A stretch of DNA of 63,705 nucleotides, counting the filler, from Thraustochytrium aureum (Eukaryota), in NCBI GenBank assembly GCA_012862495.1. It is 5 parts of 4 records of this genome, joined end to end, with 100 filler letters (N's around TTAATTAATTAA, not from the genome) between each part and the next. Parts side by side here need not be neighbours in the genome. Positions count along the whole stretch, not along the records: positions 31,438 to 60,764 come from BLSG01000352.1; 4 more parts are not named here. One strand, given 5' to 3'. Of the stretch, positions 47,316 to 59,046 are shown one piece after another (positions within the stretch are counted from its first letter, which is position 1; each line of letters starts with the position of its first letter). The position numbers and the translations under genes were made by a program. The notes beneath the pieces are model-generated. The model did no database searches. It saw only the letters and a list, made by a program, of their open reading frames with translations, and was not told the origin of the DNA.

Positions 47316-48089
47316 GCAACAGGGCACGCCGGCTCCATCAGCAATAGGGCCTACCCAGTTTTCGGCCAGGAGGAGCGCAGCAGCGCTGTCGATCTGCCTG
47401 CGAACATTGATGATCCATTATCCACGCTGTTTCTGGGTTTGTGCTCTTGAGGGATTTCGCTGATTCCTAGGCATCTTGGAACAGGACATCTCTGCGCGCG
47501 ACGGCGTCCGCATGCTGTCGAGTCCCCAGACCAGCCCCATAGCAACCAGACTGACAACCAAAGGTCTGAAGATGGCGAGGAGCCTCACGAATGATTGATG
47601 GCCTTCCGAATCTCCGCTGTTGACAATCGAAAGAGTCGCGCCTGTTCGATGAGGGGCGGGTTGCTGGACCGTTGGGCCCGCAATACTTGATCAAGAGAGC
47701 GGGATCAGCCGACGTTGGCGCCGCTCCGCTCGGTTGACTGGACCACGATTTCGGAGAGGCGCAGCCGGTGAAAGACCGGCTGCGGCAGCAGCTGGAGGAG
47801 GCTGACTGCAGAGGCTGCTCAGGAAGAGCGGCCGTGGCGAACGAGAACCGCTGGCGTACGAGCAGTTCTCGTTCGTCATAGAAGGGAGCGCGACTGGTGG
47901 CACCAGCCGCGAAAGCGCCGCAGGGACGCCCGCAGCCAGGGGAAGGGAGTTGGATCATCCGCCGAGCGCGCAGCTAGTTTGTACCAGGCTTTGGTAACGT
48001 GTTCAAAAGCTACACGACGAGTGCGTGGCCCGCGTGGGCTCTGACCCACGAGAACAAGTCCTGGCACGCCAAAGCGTCGGTGAGGATTA

Positions 48090-50207
48090 GTGTTGGCCGA
48101 CGGTGGCGGGACCCAACTCGGAGGTCCCGCGCACCACAGTGAGCCACACGGGCTTGCTCTGGCCACGGAGAGCCTGGGCACACAAAGTGCTCCAGGCGAC
48201 GTGGCGCAAGCAGGTATGCTTCGCGAGCCCCCCGGCGAAGAATGGCTCGTCGAGAGAGACGCAGGACCTGGTGAACATACGTCAACCGTAAAGATCGAGC
48301 CGCGGAGCGTCCGAGGAGACGAATGGCTACTCGTAGGACCACCCTATCGTGGTGATGGAGCGTCCGACTGCGGACGGACGGGCAACGAAACCTTCCTGGC
48401 AGCCGGGCCCAGCCTTGCCGAGAGGATTGCAGCTTTGCAACGGGAGCGAGCGCAGTTCCTGCAAGAGGGAAACCCGGATCTCATCGAAGCAATCGACGAG
48501 AAGGTTCGAAGCATGTACCGTGAGCTGGGGGAGGAGATCCGAAGTGCCTGCGCCGATGCCGCGCCTGCACGAGCAGCCCAAGAAAGGACAACGCGGAGTC
48601 TGCCGCGACGAGTGCCCCCGGCCAGCCTCTCGAGCAATCCTCCCGAAAAGCGGGGAGGAGAAACCTGGTCCCGTGGAGACAGGCCCAGTCCGCGGGGAGT
48701 TTGGGACGAGGAACGCGAAGCCATCGGTCGCCGGGAATACCTCGACCGACTGGAAAGCCCACCCCCCCGCGCAACATCGCTCGCTAGGCACCGGGCCAGG
48801 GAGAGGGCTAAGGCGACGGGTTTGCAGAACCTCAGCAGCCAAATATCTGGGATGACTTTGAACGATGCAGAGGCAATCTTTAGGGTGAAGATTAAGCCAA
48901 AAGAGTGGCAAGACCGCCTCAGAGATGCGCCAAGCATTGGGTTTAAAGGCTCGAACGCGTTCGGCGCGTATAGAGACCGGCTGGTGCAGATAATGAGCAA
49001 CGAGCTAAGGAGCCACGGGGTGGACAACGGAGCGGTTGCACTCCTGGTAGACAAGGCCCCAGTGGGCTCCATCCCTGAAACGCTGGACAGGATGTTCCAA
49101 ATCTTCATCGATGTGTCGCTCTGCCAAAGCGAGCCTGCTGCGCGAGCGTTCGCTCTCCAGGCAATGCCAACGAGGCGCAACATGAGAGGTGGCCTCGAGG
49201 CATACCGCCTCCTGGAGGAGGCGTGTGTCGTGCTGGGCCAAGGCGGCGACCCGCCCGAGCTGCGGCGGCTAAAGGACTGGAAGTTTGACCTTAACAAGGT
49301 CAGTATCGAAAACGCAGCATTATTCCGCGTCGCGAGCGCGGACGCGTTCCCCGACTTGGACACAAACGCGGTATCCCAAGCAACCGTACACTCGTTCCTT
49401 ATGGACGCCGTAGGGCGCCTCGGGCCGGATCTGAAGGAGGAACTACGCAGCGAGACGGTTGCCGCGCAGGAACTCCACCAGCAGGTTACGCAGGGGATAC
49501 TCAAGACGGCAGACTCACTCAACATTGCCCTGTCAAAGCTGCCAACGATCCTCCGCGTGGCTAAGGAAAGACAAGGCAGAGGCGGGGCTGAGCTCTACAG
49601 GGGACAGGTGGGCCCACGGTGCGGTTGGAAAATGCAGGCCCGCCGGCGGCCCGCAGCGAAGGCGAAGCAGAAGTCTCAAAGTGAGGCTACCTGCTTCAAT
49701 TGTGGTGAGAAAGGCCATTACAACAGGGAGTGTCCGGAGTTCGGGGCGCAGGCAACGAGGAGAGGCGACCAGCGCGTGCCCGACCGGGCCAGGAATGTTG
49801 GCAAAGGGCACGGGAAGAGACAGAGGAGCGACAGCAAGAGGGGGCCTCGTACGAAGAGCAGCAGCGGTGGCACGCACGTCACGAGCCGCCAACCGGACCT
49901 GCAAACTCAGGGTGGCCAAGGTGGTGCGACCGTCACGAGCCTTCCGGCGGGCCTCGTAGAGAGCCTGTCGACGCAACTCGCACACCTAAATCAAGCACTC
50001 GCGGCCCTAGTTCGGTCGCGTAGAGATGCGGCCACTCCCGCCAACCGGGACATGGCCCAACACGATTGGCCCATGATGCTCCGTACCAAACCAGAGAGCT
50101 CCCAACCCCAGCACGACGAGCCTGGAATACCAGAGGCGGCGTGGGATACGGGGCATCTTGGCCCTTGTATCAGGCTTGGCCAGCAAAACGTAGCCCAGCT
50201 TTCGTAA
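48090..50207 (+). mobile_element. Retroelement gag-like ORF with CCHC zinc knuckle and possible truncated protease motif
   Basis: CFNCGEKGHYNREC at 49692-49733, a GGLEAYRLL gag-like helix, a basic region after the knuckle, and AAWDTG at 50136-50153 shortly before the stop. Confidence 0.72.
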
Positions 50208-52185
50208 TCAAACCCCGACGAACGAACCAGGCATCCTGTTGAATCTGTTCTGATTGCCCGTCAATTGTGCATCATCTGAGTCTTCTTGATTTGGCGAAGG
50301 CTTGTAGCTTATCCACCGTGCAGTCTCAGAAGTGCGGCCCTTTAGCCCAGTCGGGGCTGCCTTCTGAATGCCGTACCGTCGCTTTTCGCATTCTCTGCGC
50401 GTCTTCCCACATTTCAGTCTCGACATTCGGCCCCGCTTCACGTCCTGGCACAGACAGATGCTAGCGCAGCATTGTAACAGCCCACCGACCACACGGTCTT
50501 TTCGTATTTCCAGCTCGGCGATAGCGGCGCGGGACACCGCCAGATGTTTAGCTGCAGCAGCGACGCGAACCTTTCACCAGAAACGACAGTGGTCCCACGC
50601 AAATTCCTTGCCTTTCTGGTTGCGGCAGGAAATGGAATTGGGGGAACACAAAGTGAAGCGCGATCATCGCCGCGTCGACCCTAATCTCCGAAAGCCAAGC
50701 CAATTGGCCGTCCCTCGGTCCGTTTTCAACGCCGTAAACCCGGACCTCTAGCGAGCCAGCTCACTTGCCACGCTGTCTGCGATACAAAGCGGACTGCTGC
50801 ACTGACAGTGAGTACACAGTGCGCAGACCTGTCCCATTGCACCGCTGCCGACCACAGAACAGAGCAAAATTGCCGGCCCGCGCGCAAGCGTCCTATGTTG
50901 AGCATAGTTTGAGCTCGCATGGCACTCCCTCCACAATGAGCAATCCTCCAAAATTGGTCAAGAGGACCGTAGCGAGTCAGGAGGGCCGTAGCGAGAACAA
51001 GCAAGCAAAAGCCAAGCACAGCCCGACACGAGTCCAGCAAATCAAATGCCTTCGAGACCTCGTTCCAGGTTCTCGAGGCGGAAGCGAGAGTGTTCTTTGG
51101 TCGTCTTCCGGTGCTCCAGAGGGCAAACGTCCTTGAAATCATCTGGGAGCCGCTCGATCCCAAAGGCGGCTCCAGAGGCTGCGAAGCTCAACGCAGCGCG
51201 AGCCTGGAGCGTCGCAACANNNNNNNNNNNNNNNNNNNNNNNNNNNNNNNNNNNNNNNNNNNNNNNNNNNNNNNNNNNNNNNNNNNNNNNNNNNNNNNNN
51301 NNNNNNNNNNNNNNNNNNNNNNNNNNNNNNNNNNNNNNNNNNNNNNNNNNNNNNNNNNNNNNNNNNNNNNNNNNNNNCGCACAACAACAAGAGCACAAAA
51401 GTGACACAAGTCACACAACGCACAACAAGGAACAAGAAGAAGCTCACTGCTGTCCAGCTTCCTGCGAATTTCGAGGTGAGAGTTTTGGGCTCGCGTGTTG
51501 CCTCTTGCAACACCGTTTGCCCCTGAACGGGGTTGCTGCTGAGGTTCACCGATCGTGCGAGTCCAACCGACGAGCAGAGGACCGAGTACATCTGCGAATG
51601 ACAGCGTCTTTCGTTTCACGAGTCCGCTCGCCGACCGGCTCGCCCGCCCACTCGCGGCAGAAGAAATGCTTGCTTGTGCTGCGCGAGCACCCCCGCGTCA
51701 CTGGATCGCCACTCCTGCGGGACAGTCGTTTCTCGCCCGACGATTGGTGAGATCGTTTCAACTCGGGACCTGATTGGCTAGCCCACCGTGCGCCTTGGAG
51801 CAAATCTGCAGCCGCAACTCGGATCAGACAACCTGTTCGTGCGTGCGGTGCACAAGTACGCACTTGTATGCCAGTGAAGAGGCATTTCGTACTTGCAGAG
51901 CTGCGAGAGACGAGCTGCATGCGAGCCGTCGGTCGCTCGTTTCACATGCGCGTCGAGCCGTTTTGTGAGCGCCTCACCGGTTTGAGGTTTGTCTGCGCGA
52001 CGCCAGGCCCCTTTCAAAAGGCTTGGCGCTCTTTTCGTGCTGGAAGCTTGACAGCCGCGATCCGGCACGGCGGACCATGGGTTGGGTTGACGAATGGAGC
52101 AGCCAAGCCGAGAGTCGCGGCGTGATTGGTGAGCAGCCACGCCGCAAGCATGCGCAGAGATTCGCGAAACACGACGGACCACTCC

Positions 52186-52292
52186 TCGCAGATCCAGGTG
52201 TCGCTTGCCTAGCCGCACTTCCAGCCTTTCGCAGATCCAGGTGTCGCTTTCCTGGCCACAGGTCCTGCATTTTGCTGATCCAGCTGTCGATG
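52186..52292. repeat. Diverged 43-bp tandem repeat (~2.5 copies)
   Basis: GCAGATCCAGGTGTCGCTT at 52188 and 52231, variant GCTGATCCAGCTGTCGATG at 52274; exact 43-nt period. Confidence 0.8.
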
Positions 52293-52374
52293 AGCTGCAG
52301 ACCCGCAACGCCAGCAGCACTGCAAAGCAAACAGCTGGTCAAGCTTGTGAGCAAGCAAATCAGAAAATCCCAAC

Positions 52375-53949
52375 ATGAAAGGCGCCACCCAGGTCGTTCT
52401 CGTGGCGCTGGGGCTCGTCGCTCTGGGCTGCTCCAGCGCGCAAGCATCTTGCCCCGCCGGCGAGTACCTCGACACCGTTTCACAGCGATGCGAAGACTGC
52501 ACAGGCTGCGGCGCCTACCAAGACGAAGAGGGCCAGACGACGTGCAAGTTCGCGACCGTCGAGACGTGCCCCGAAGGGAGCGTTCCGAGATTCACCTCGT
52601 CGTGGGCTTCTGGCAAAACCTCGCTTGAAGAGGCCTGCGAGCCCGTCTCTGCCGGCTACTACTTCGTCGACCAGACCGGCACAACCGAGCAAACCTGCTT
52701 CCCCGTCGAGAGGTGCGAGGGCTGTGGAGCGTACCAAGACCTCACCGGCCAGACGGAGTGCAAGACCGCAACGGTTGAGACCTGCCCTGAATCAACGGTC
52801 CCACGTTTTGCAAACTCTTTCAGTGGCTTCAAGTCGCTCGAGGAGGCTTGCAAGCCAGTCCCTGCGGGCTCTTACTTTACGGACGAGGCTGGCTCCAGTA
52901 GCTCCACCTGCTTCCCGGTGGAGACTTGCGAAGGCTGCGGTGCGTACCAGGACCTTGCTGGCCAGACCGAGTGCAAAACGGCAACGCGCGCAACTTGCCC
53001 TGCAGACCATGTGCCGCGCGACGCCAACAGGTGGAGCAGCATTGGCTACGCGACGCTGGAGGCCGCCTGTGCATACGTTGGCCCTGGTTTCCGATTCACG
53101 GACGACGCGAGTTCCTGCTATCCCATCTCAGCCTGCTCCGGATGTGGTGCGTACCAAGACCTCGCTGGGCAGACAACGTGCAAGATTGCGGCGCGCAGCG
53201 ACTGCCCGGCCAACAACGTTCCGAAATTTACTTCGTCGGGTTCGTACAGCTCCCCGAAGACTGCAGAGGAAGCCTGCAAGCCCGTCGAACCGGGCTACTT
53301 TTACGTGGACCAAGCCGGCGACTCGAGCTCGACCTGCTTTCCCATCTCCACGTGCGAAGGCTGTGGCGCCTATCAGGACGAGCCTGGCCAGACAACGTGC
53401 AAAGTAGCCACGGTTGCCACTTGCCCCGACAACTGGGTCCCCGATTTTACACGCTTCTTTGCAGCTCCTTCGCTCGCCGCAGCCTGCAAAGAGGTCTCGG
53501 CTGGCGAGTTTTACGAGGACAAATCTGGCACGACCAGCTCGGAGTGCTTTCCCGTCTCCTCCTGCAGCGGCTGCGGCGTGTACCAAGACGAACCTGGCCA
53601 GACAAGTTGCAAGACCGTTTCGCTCGAGCAGTGCGGCGCTGATCGAGTACCAAACTGGCAGTCTCGCGCAACGTCGATTTCCCAAGCATGCAAGCAGGTT
53701 GATCCTGGCTACTACTACACTCCGTCAGAGGAGAACTGTTATCCTGTGTCCAGCTGCAGCGGGTGCGGCGAGTACCAGGACCTCCCCAAGCAGACGTCCT
53801 GCAAAGTCGCGACGCTGGACACGTGCCCGTCCGGCTCTGTGCCCAAGAAGCCGTCGTTCTTCACGCCCTCGGCGACGCTCGAGGATGCCTGCGAGGCAGT
53901 CCCCGCTGGCTCCTTCTTCCGCAACTCGACGGCGAGCTGCTTTGCCGTC
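52375..53949 (+). CDS. Secreted cysteine-rich repeat protein (GCC2/GCC3 or ephrin-receptor-like repeats), 3' end in gap
   Basis: Signal peptide MKGATQVVLVALGLVALGCSSAQA, then seven ~70-aa repeats with core CxGCGxYQDxxGQTxCK. Confidence 0.88.
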
Positions 53950-54926
53950 NNNNNNNNNNNNNNNNNNNNNNNNNNNNNNNNNNNNNNNNNNNNNNNNNNN
54001 NNNNNNNNNNNNNNNNNNNNNNNNNNNNNNNNNNNNNNNNNNNNNNNNNNNNNNNNNNNNNNNNNNNNNNNNNNNNNNNNNNNNNNNNNNNNNNNNNNNN
54101 NNNNNNNNNNNNNNNNNNNNNNNNNNNNNNNNNNNNNNNNNNNNNNNNNNNNNNNNNNNNNNNNNNNNNNNNNNNNNNNNNNNNNNNNNNNNNNNNNNNN
54201 NNNNNNNNNNNNNNNNNNNNNNNNNNNNNNNNNNNNNNNNNNNNNNNNNNNNNNNNNNNNNNNNNNNNNNNNNNNNNNNNNNNNNNNNNNNNNNNNNNNN
54301 NNNNNNNNNNNNNNNNNNNNNNNNNNNNNNNNNNNNNNNNNNNNNNNNNNNNNNNNNNNNNNNNNNNNNNNNNNNNNNNNNNNNNNNNNNNNNNNNNNNN
54401 NNNNNNNNNNNNNNNNNNNNNNNNNNNNNNNNNNNNNNNNNNNNNNNNNNNNNNNNNNNNNNNNNNNNNNNNNNNNNNNNNNNNNNNNNNNNNNNNNNNN
54501 NNNNNNNNNNNNNNNNNNNNNNNNNNNNNNNNNNNNNNNNNNNNNNNNNNNNNNNNNNNNNNNNNNNNNNNNNNNNNNNNNNNNNNNNNNNNNNNNNNNN
54601 NNNNNNNNNNNNNNNNNNNNNNNNNNNNNNNNNNNNNNNNNNNNNNNNNNNNNNNNNNNNNNNNNNNNNNNNNNNNNNNNNNNNNNNNNNNNNNNNNNNN
54701 NNNNNNNNNNNNNNNNNNNNNNNNNNNNNNNNNNNNNNNNNNNNNNNNNNNNNNNNNNNNNNNNNNNNNNNNNNNNNNNNNNNNNNNNNNNNNNNNNNNN
54801 NNNNNNNNNNNNNNNNNNNNNNNNNNNNNNNNNNNNNNNNNNNNNNNNNNNNNNNNNNNNNNNNNNNNNNNNNNNNNNNNNNNNNNNNNNNNNNNNNNNN
54901 NNNNNNNNNNNNNNNNNNNNNNNNNN

Positions 54927-55020
54927 TACATCAATCACTCGCCGAGGTCGCGCCTTTCGTCGCTTTTCGCGGTACATCAACCACTCGTCGAGGTCGCGCC
55001 TTCCGTCGCTTTTCGCGGTA
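54927..55020. repeat. 46-bp tandem repeat (2 copies visible) abutting a gap
   Basis: TACATCAA(T/C)CACTCG(C/T)CGAGGTCGCGCCTT(T/C)CGTCGCTTTTCGCGG at 54927 and 54973. Confidence 0.9.
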
Positions 55021-55574
55021 GCGTTCCCGCAGTAACACATCAATCACATCGAGTAGATCCATGAAACCGCAGCCAAAAAAAGCACGCATCACCAATGCCC
55101 CTTCCGATGACCTGCTGCAACTGCTGCTGTTGGAACACTTGGACGACCGAGGCGGCGACCAGATCAGCCATTCCCAGCGACCACCCACACCCCTTGCAGC
55201 CCCTCTGCTGATGGAATCAACGACTATTCATTGCAAGCGCCTCACGTCGCGTGATAGCGCTGCTGCCTTCAGCCGGCTAGCCCGGCTGGCGCGGCGCCGC
55301 GGTCTCGTCTCGTGGGCCTCGTGAGACATGCTTCGCATTAGCAAAACACATGGTTGAGAGATTCTGTGCCATGTACGCACCTCGCTCGAGCAGACCCGCA
55401 GCGCGCCTCGAGCACGAGCAGCCAGAGCAGCAGCACCGGCGGAGCGGTGGTGCAGAGGAGGCCGGGGCCGAGGGCATCGCGGCGGCGCTAAGGGCTTGCC
55501 GCGCTGGCCGCGCTCGTGAGCGATTGCGTCCTCCAGCGCGGAGGTCGGCGCGACGATTTTTTTCTCGTTTTTTC

Positions 55575-58500
55575 ATGGTCTTGCCCGCCGTCGCGGTCGC
55601 TGCTGCTGGGGTCGGCGTCGCGGGAGGGCTGTACCAGGTCGAGCAACGGTGCTCGGGTAAACGGCACGTTGCGGACAGCACGGCGATGGAGGGTGGACTG
55701 GCTGGTGACGCAGAGGCCGAGCTGCCGGGTCGTGTCGCGCCTGCCTCGCCCAGCCCAACAGCTTCGCCGGGGCACGAGCAGAGCCGACGAGGGGCGAGGC
55801 GGACGGCGGGACCGAGCGAGGCGGGCGCGGGCCGAGCCACTCAAGTATGTGCTTCGTCTGAGCGGGTTTGAAACCCCTCCGGAACGCGGGTACACGATGT
55901 ACTACATCCGCGTGGCTGTGGAGAGCCAAGAAGCTGCTTTGCGCGGCGGAAAGCGGCTCTGGTACGTGCGCAAGCGCTTTCGCAATTTCTGGAAGATGCG
56001 CCAGGGAATCGTTCAGGTCAACGGGGTCGCCCCCGAGCTTCCACACAAAAAGTACTTTGGGAACCGCAACCCAGAATTCATCAAGCTCCGCGCGCACGGC
56101 CTCTCCACCTTCCTGTGGAGCCTTGCCTCGAGCCCGCCGATGTGCGCGATCAGGTGCGTCCACGAGTTCCTCTGGTCCGACGTCTGTGTCCCACCAACGC
56201 GCAGCCTTTTGCCCAGCACTCCCCTCATCACGCGCGCCTCGCCAGAGTTCGCTGGCGAGGGCGCGTTCGGTGGAAGCTCTGCCGCGACGGCGTCCCTTGC
56301 GTCCGCCCCGTTTCGCTTGGACGAGGACGGCGACCCCGCGCGGTCCCCTTGTTCAAGGTCAGAAGCTGTTCTCGTCGACCGCGCCGCATCAGACATTGCA
56401 GACGTCCAAGGGTGCCTCGTTCTCTCATCTGCAGAAGCCCTGCAGCGTAGCTTTGCACGCGAAGGCATCCTTTTCCCGGACGACGACGCGATCGAGTCGG
56501 ATGCCTCCGATAGCGACGCCGACGATGCGACCTACTTGGCGAGGGCCTGCTCTAGCTTCATGCCTGGCCTGTACCAGTGGTACGCTGGCAAGCCTGCTGG
56601 ACCGGGTATTTGTAGCGCGGACCGCTCGAGCGGCTCCCGCGATGCGCGCAGATACTCTGAGATCGGCGAGGCCGCAGCCCGAGAAGGTGGCGAGCAACCA
56701 GTCCCGTTCGATGCTGCGCGAATCCACACGGTGGACTCTGTGCGAGCTGAGCAGGCCACCGTGGACGACGACGACGAGATCCGGCGCCGCCTCGTGCCAA
56801 AGCTGCGCTTTGTTATCATTCTCGTCGGCTCGCGTGGCGACGTCCAACCGTACATCGCCCTGGGGCTCGCGCTGCACTGCCGAGGCCACTACGTGCGCGT
56901 TGCGGCGCACGAGTGCTTTCGCGAGTTTGTGGTCTCGCACGGGCTCGGTTTCGCTCCTCTCGCGGGCGACCCCAAAGAGCTGCTGCGCATGGTCACCGAA
57001 AACAACATGTTCTCGTTCCAGTTCGTCAAGGAAGGCGTGACCTCGCACCGCACCTGGGTTCAACATGTTCTCGACGACGCCTGGGACGCCTGCACGCTCG
57101 CAGACCGCGACCTCCGCCAAGGCCCAGAGGACCCTAGCGTCCCAAGGCCAGAGCGGGCTGACCCCAACAGGAACGTCGGCTTTGGGCCAGGCTTTGCCTT
57201 TGCGGCACGCAAGTCCTCTTTCCGCGCCGACGCCATCATCGCCAATCCACCCGCGTTCGCGGGCTGGCACCTCGCCGAGGCGCTCGGCGTGCCCTTGTAC
57301 ATGAGCTTCCCCATGCCGTGGTCGCGCACCGGCGAGTTTCCCTCGCCTTTCACCAGCGCGAAAAACAACACGGCGAGCACCCAGCTTAACTGGATGTCGT
57401 ACGGGGCCGTAGACCGCCTCATGTGGCTCGGAACAGGCGACCTCGTCAACCGGTGGCGAGTCAAGACGCTGCGCATTCCCCCGATCTGGACCATGTCGGC
57501 TCGCGGCCACCGCATGGTCCACGACAACAAGGTCCCACACATTTACCCCTGGAGTCCTCAGGTGCTCGCCAAGCCGCGCGACTGGGGCTCGCACATATGC
57601 GTGCCCGGGTACTGGTTCCTGGACGACGAGATCGAGCGTGCCAGCGCGTTGCAAGGCCAGACCGAAGGCGCCTCTGCCTCCAGCCAGGGCCCCGGCGAGC
57701 CAGATTACACTGCGCCTGCGTTGACCGCTGCTGCTCAAGAGTACATGCCTCCGGCCCAAGTGTCGCAGTTTTTCCAGGACCCGGAGGCCCCAATTTTCAT
57801 CGGATTCGGTTCGATTGTCGTGAAAAACCCTGAAAAGCTCTCGCGCATGATCGTCAGTACCCTCGTCGAGCTTGCGCCCAAGCATAGGTTTGTGGTCCAG
57901 GCCGGCTGGGCCAACCTCGACGTATCTGCCGTCCCGAGAGAGGTCGCTCACCGCGTGCTAATGCTCGGGCCGGTGCCGCACAGGTGGCTTTTCGAAAGGT
58001 GCAAGCTCGTCGTCCACCATGGGGGGGCTGGCACGACCGCAGAGGGACTTCGGGCCGGCAAGTCTGCCGTCGTGGTCCCGTTCTTTGGCGACCAGTTCTT
58101 CTGGGCCCGCCAGGTTAAGGAGGTGCGGATTGGTGTCCGTATCCCGTACAGCGAGCTCACGGTGAAAAAGCTCGTCGCCGCCATCGAGGCTGCGCTCGGC
58201 CCCGGCGTGCGGATGCGAGCACAGGTCCTGAGCAAGTCGGTGGAGCGGGAACGCGGCACCGATGTGGCTGTCGCCTTCATCGAGCGCCAATTCCTCAAGA
58301 TGGAGACCATCCGGGGCAAGCGAGAGGGCGGCCCCGTGGACTGGGCTTGTCTCGCGTCCCCCCAGGCGCCCCCTGCGGCACCGCCAACGAGGTCGTTCAG
58401 CGCGTGGGAGGCACGCAATATCGCAAGCGAGCACTGGCGGTCGTGGCCGTACGTGGACTGGAGCGACAAGGCTGAGACGTTGATCGACCGCCCGATTCAG

Positions 58501-58785
58501 GCTATTTCGTCGATTGGGAAGCGGGTCAAGGTGGTCGGCGCTGCGCTGAAGCAGACAGTGGTTCGACAAAGTCCCTCGCCACGGGCGCGCCAAGGCCTCG
58601 AGCTCAAGCCCCTGCCTCGATCTGCCATGGAACGCGAGGGTAGAGCGTCAAGGGGGAAGAGACTCCCGCCGCGCTCTTTTGCTTCCACAGCTCCGAAGGG
58701 CCACACGCGCTTCAGCTGGTCGCATGGGCAAGGCTGCGACGTGCCCAAAGGCCACACCCGCTTCAGTTGGGGCGGGGTGAGTTGA
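55575..58785 (+). CDS. PX-domain-containing sterol 3-beta-glucosyltransferase (GT1, UGT51/UGT80-like); start uncertain, probable frameshift near 55830
   Basis: PX: GYTMYYIRV...VRKRFRNFWKM...PELPHKKYFGNRNPEFIKLRAHGLSTFL. GT: VGSRGDVQPYIALG, AIIANPP, PWSRTGEFP, PIFIGFGSIV, VPHRWLF..VVHHGGAGTTAEGLRAG..VVPFFGDQFFW. Confidence 0.92.
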
Positions 58786-59046
58786 TGCCGAGTCCGCACC
58801 CTTTGCAACAACAGCCGCCGGCCACTGCCGCGCCAACCTCTGCTGCACCAGCCACCGCGGCGCCGACCTCTGCTCAGGGGGAGACAGGGATTGGCAGCTC
58901 CAGAGAGAAATTAAATTGCCTGGCGCGGCCTTCGATGGCGGGGACCGGCATTTTCGGAATGTATGTATTTATTTGTGCTCCGCTTTTTGTTGAACCCAAG
59001 TCCCTCACTGAGCATCCAGCGCGCGAGCGCATGGATGTCCCGAACT

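Noticed and set aside
47618..51218. LTR pair around the gag ORF (TGTTG at 47618)
   Set aside because: No second copy of this sequence was found downstream by eye; a dot-plot would be needed to exclude it.
52186..52292. CRISPR-like repeat-spacer array
   Set aside because: The apparent spacers are homologous to each other, there are only three degenerate cores, no cas genes are present and the context is eukaryotic; this is a diverged tandem repeat.
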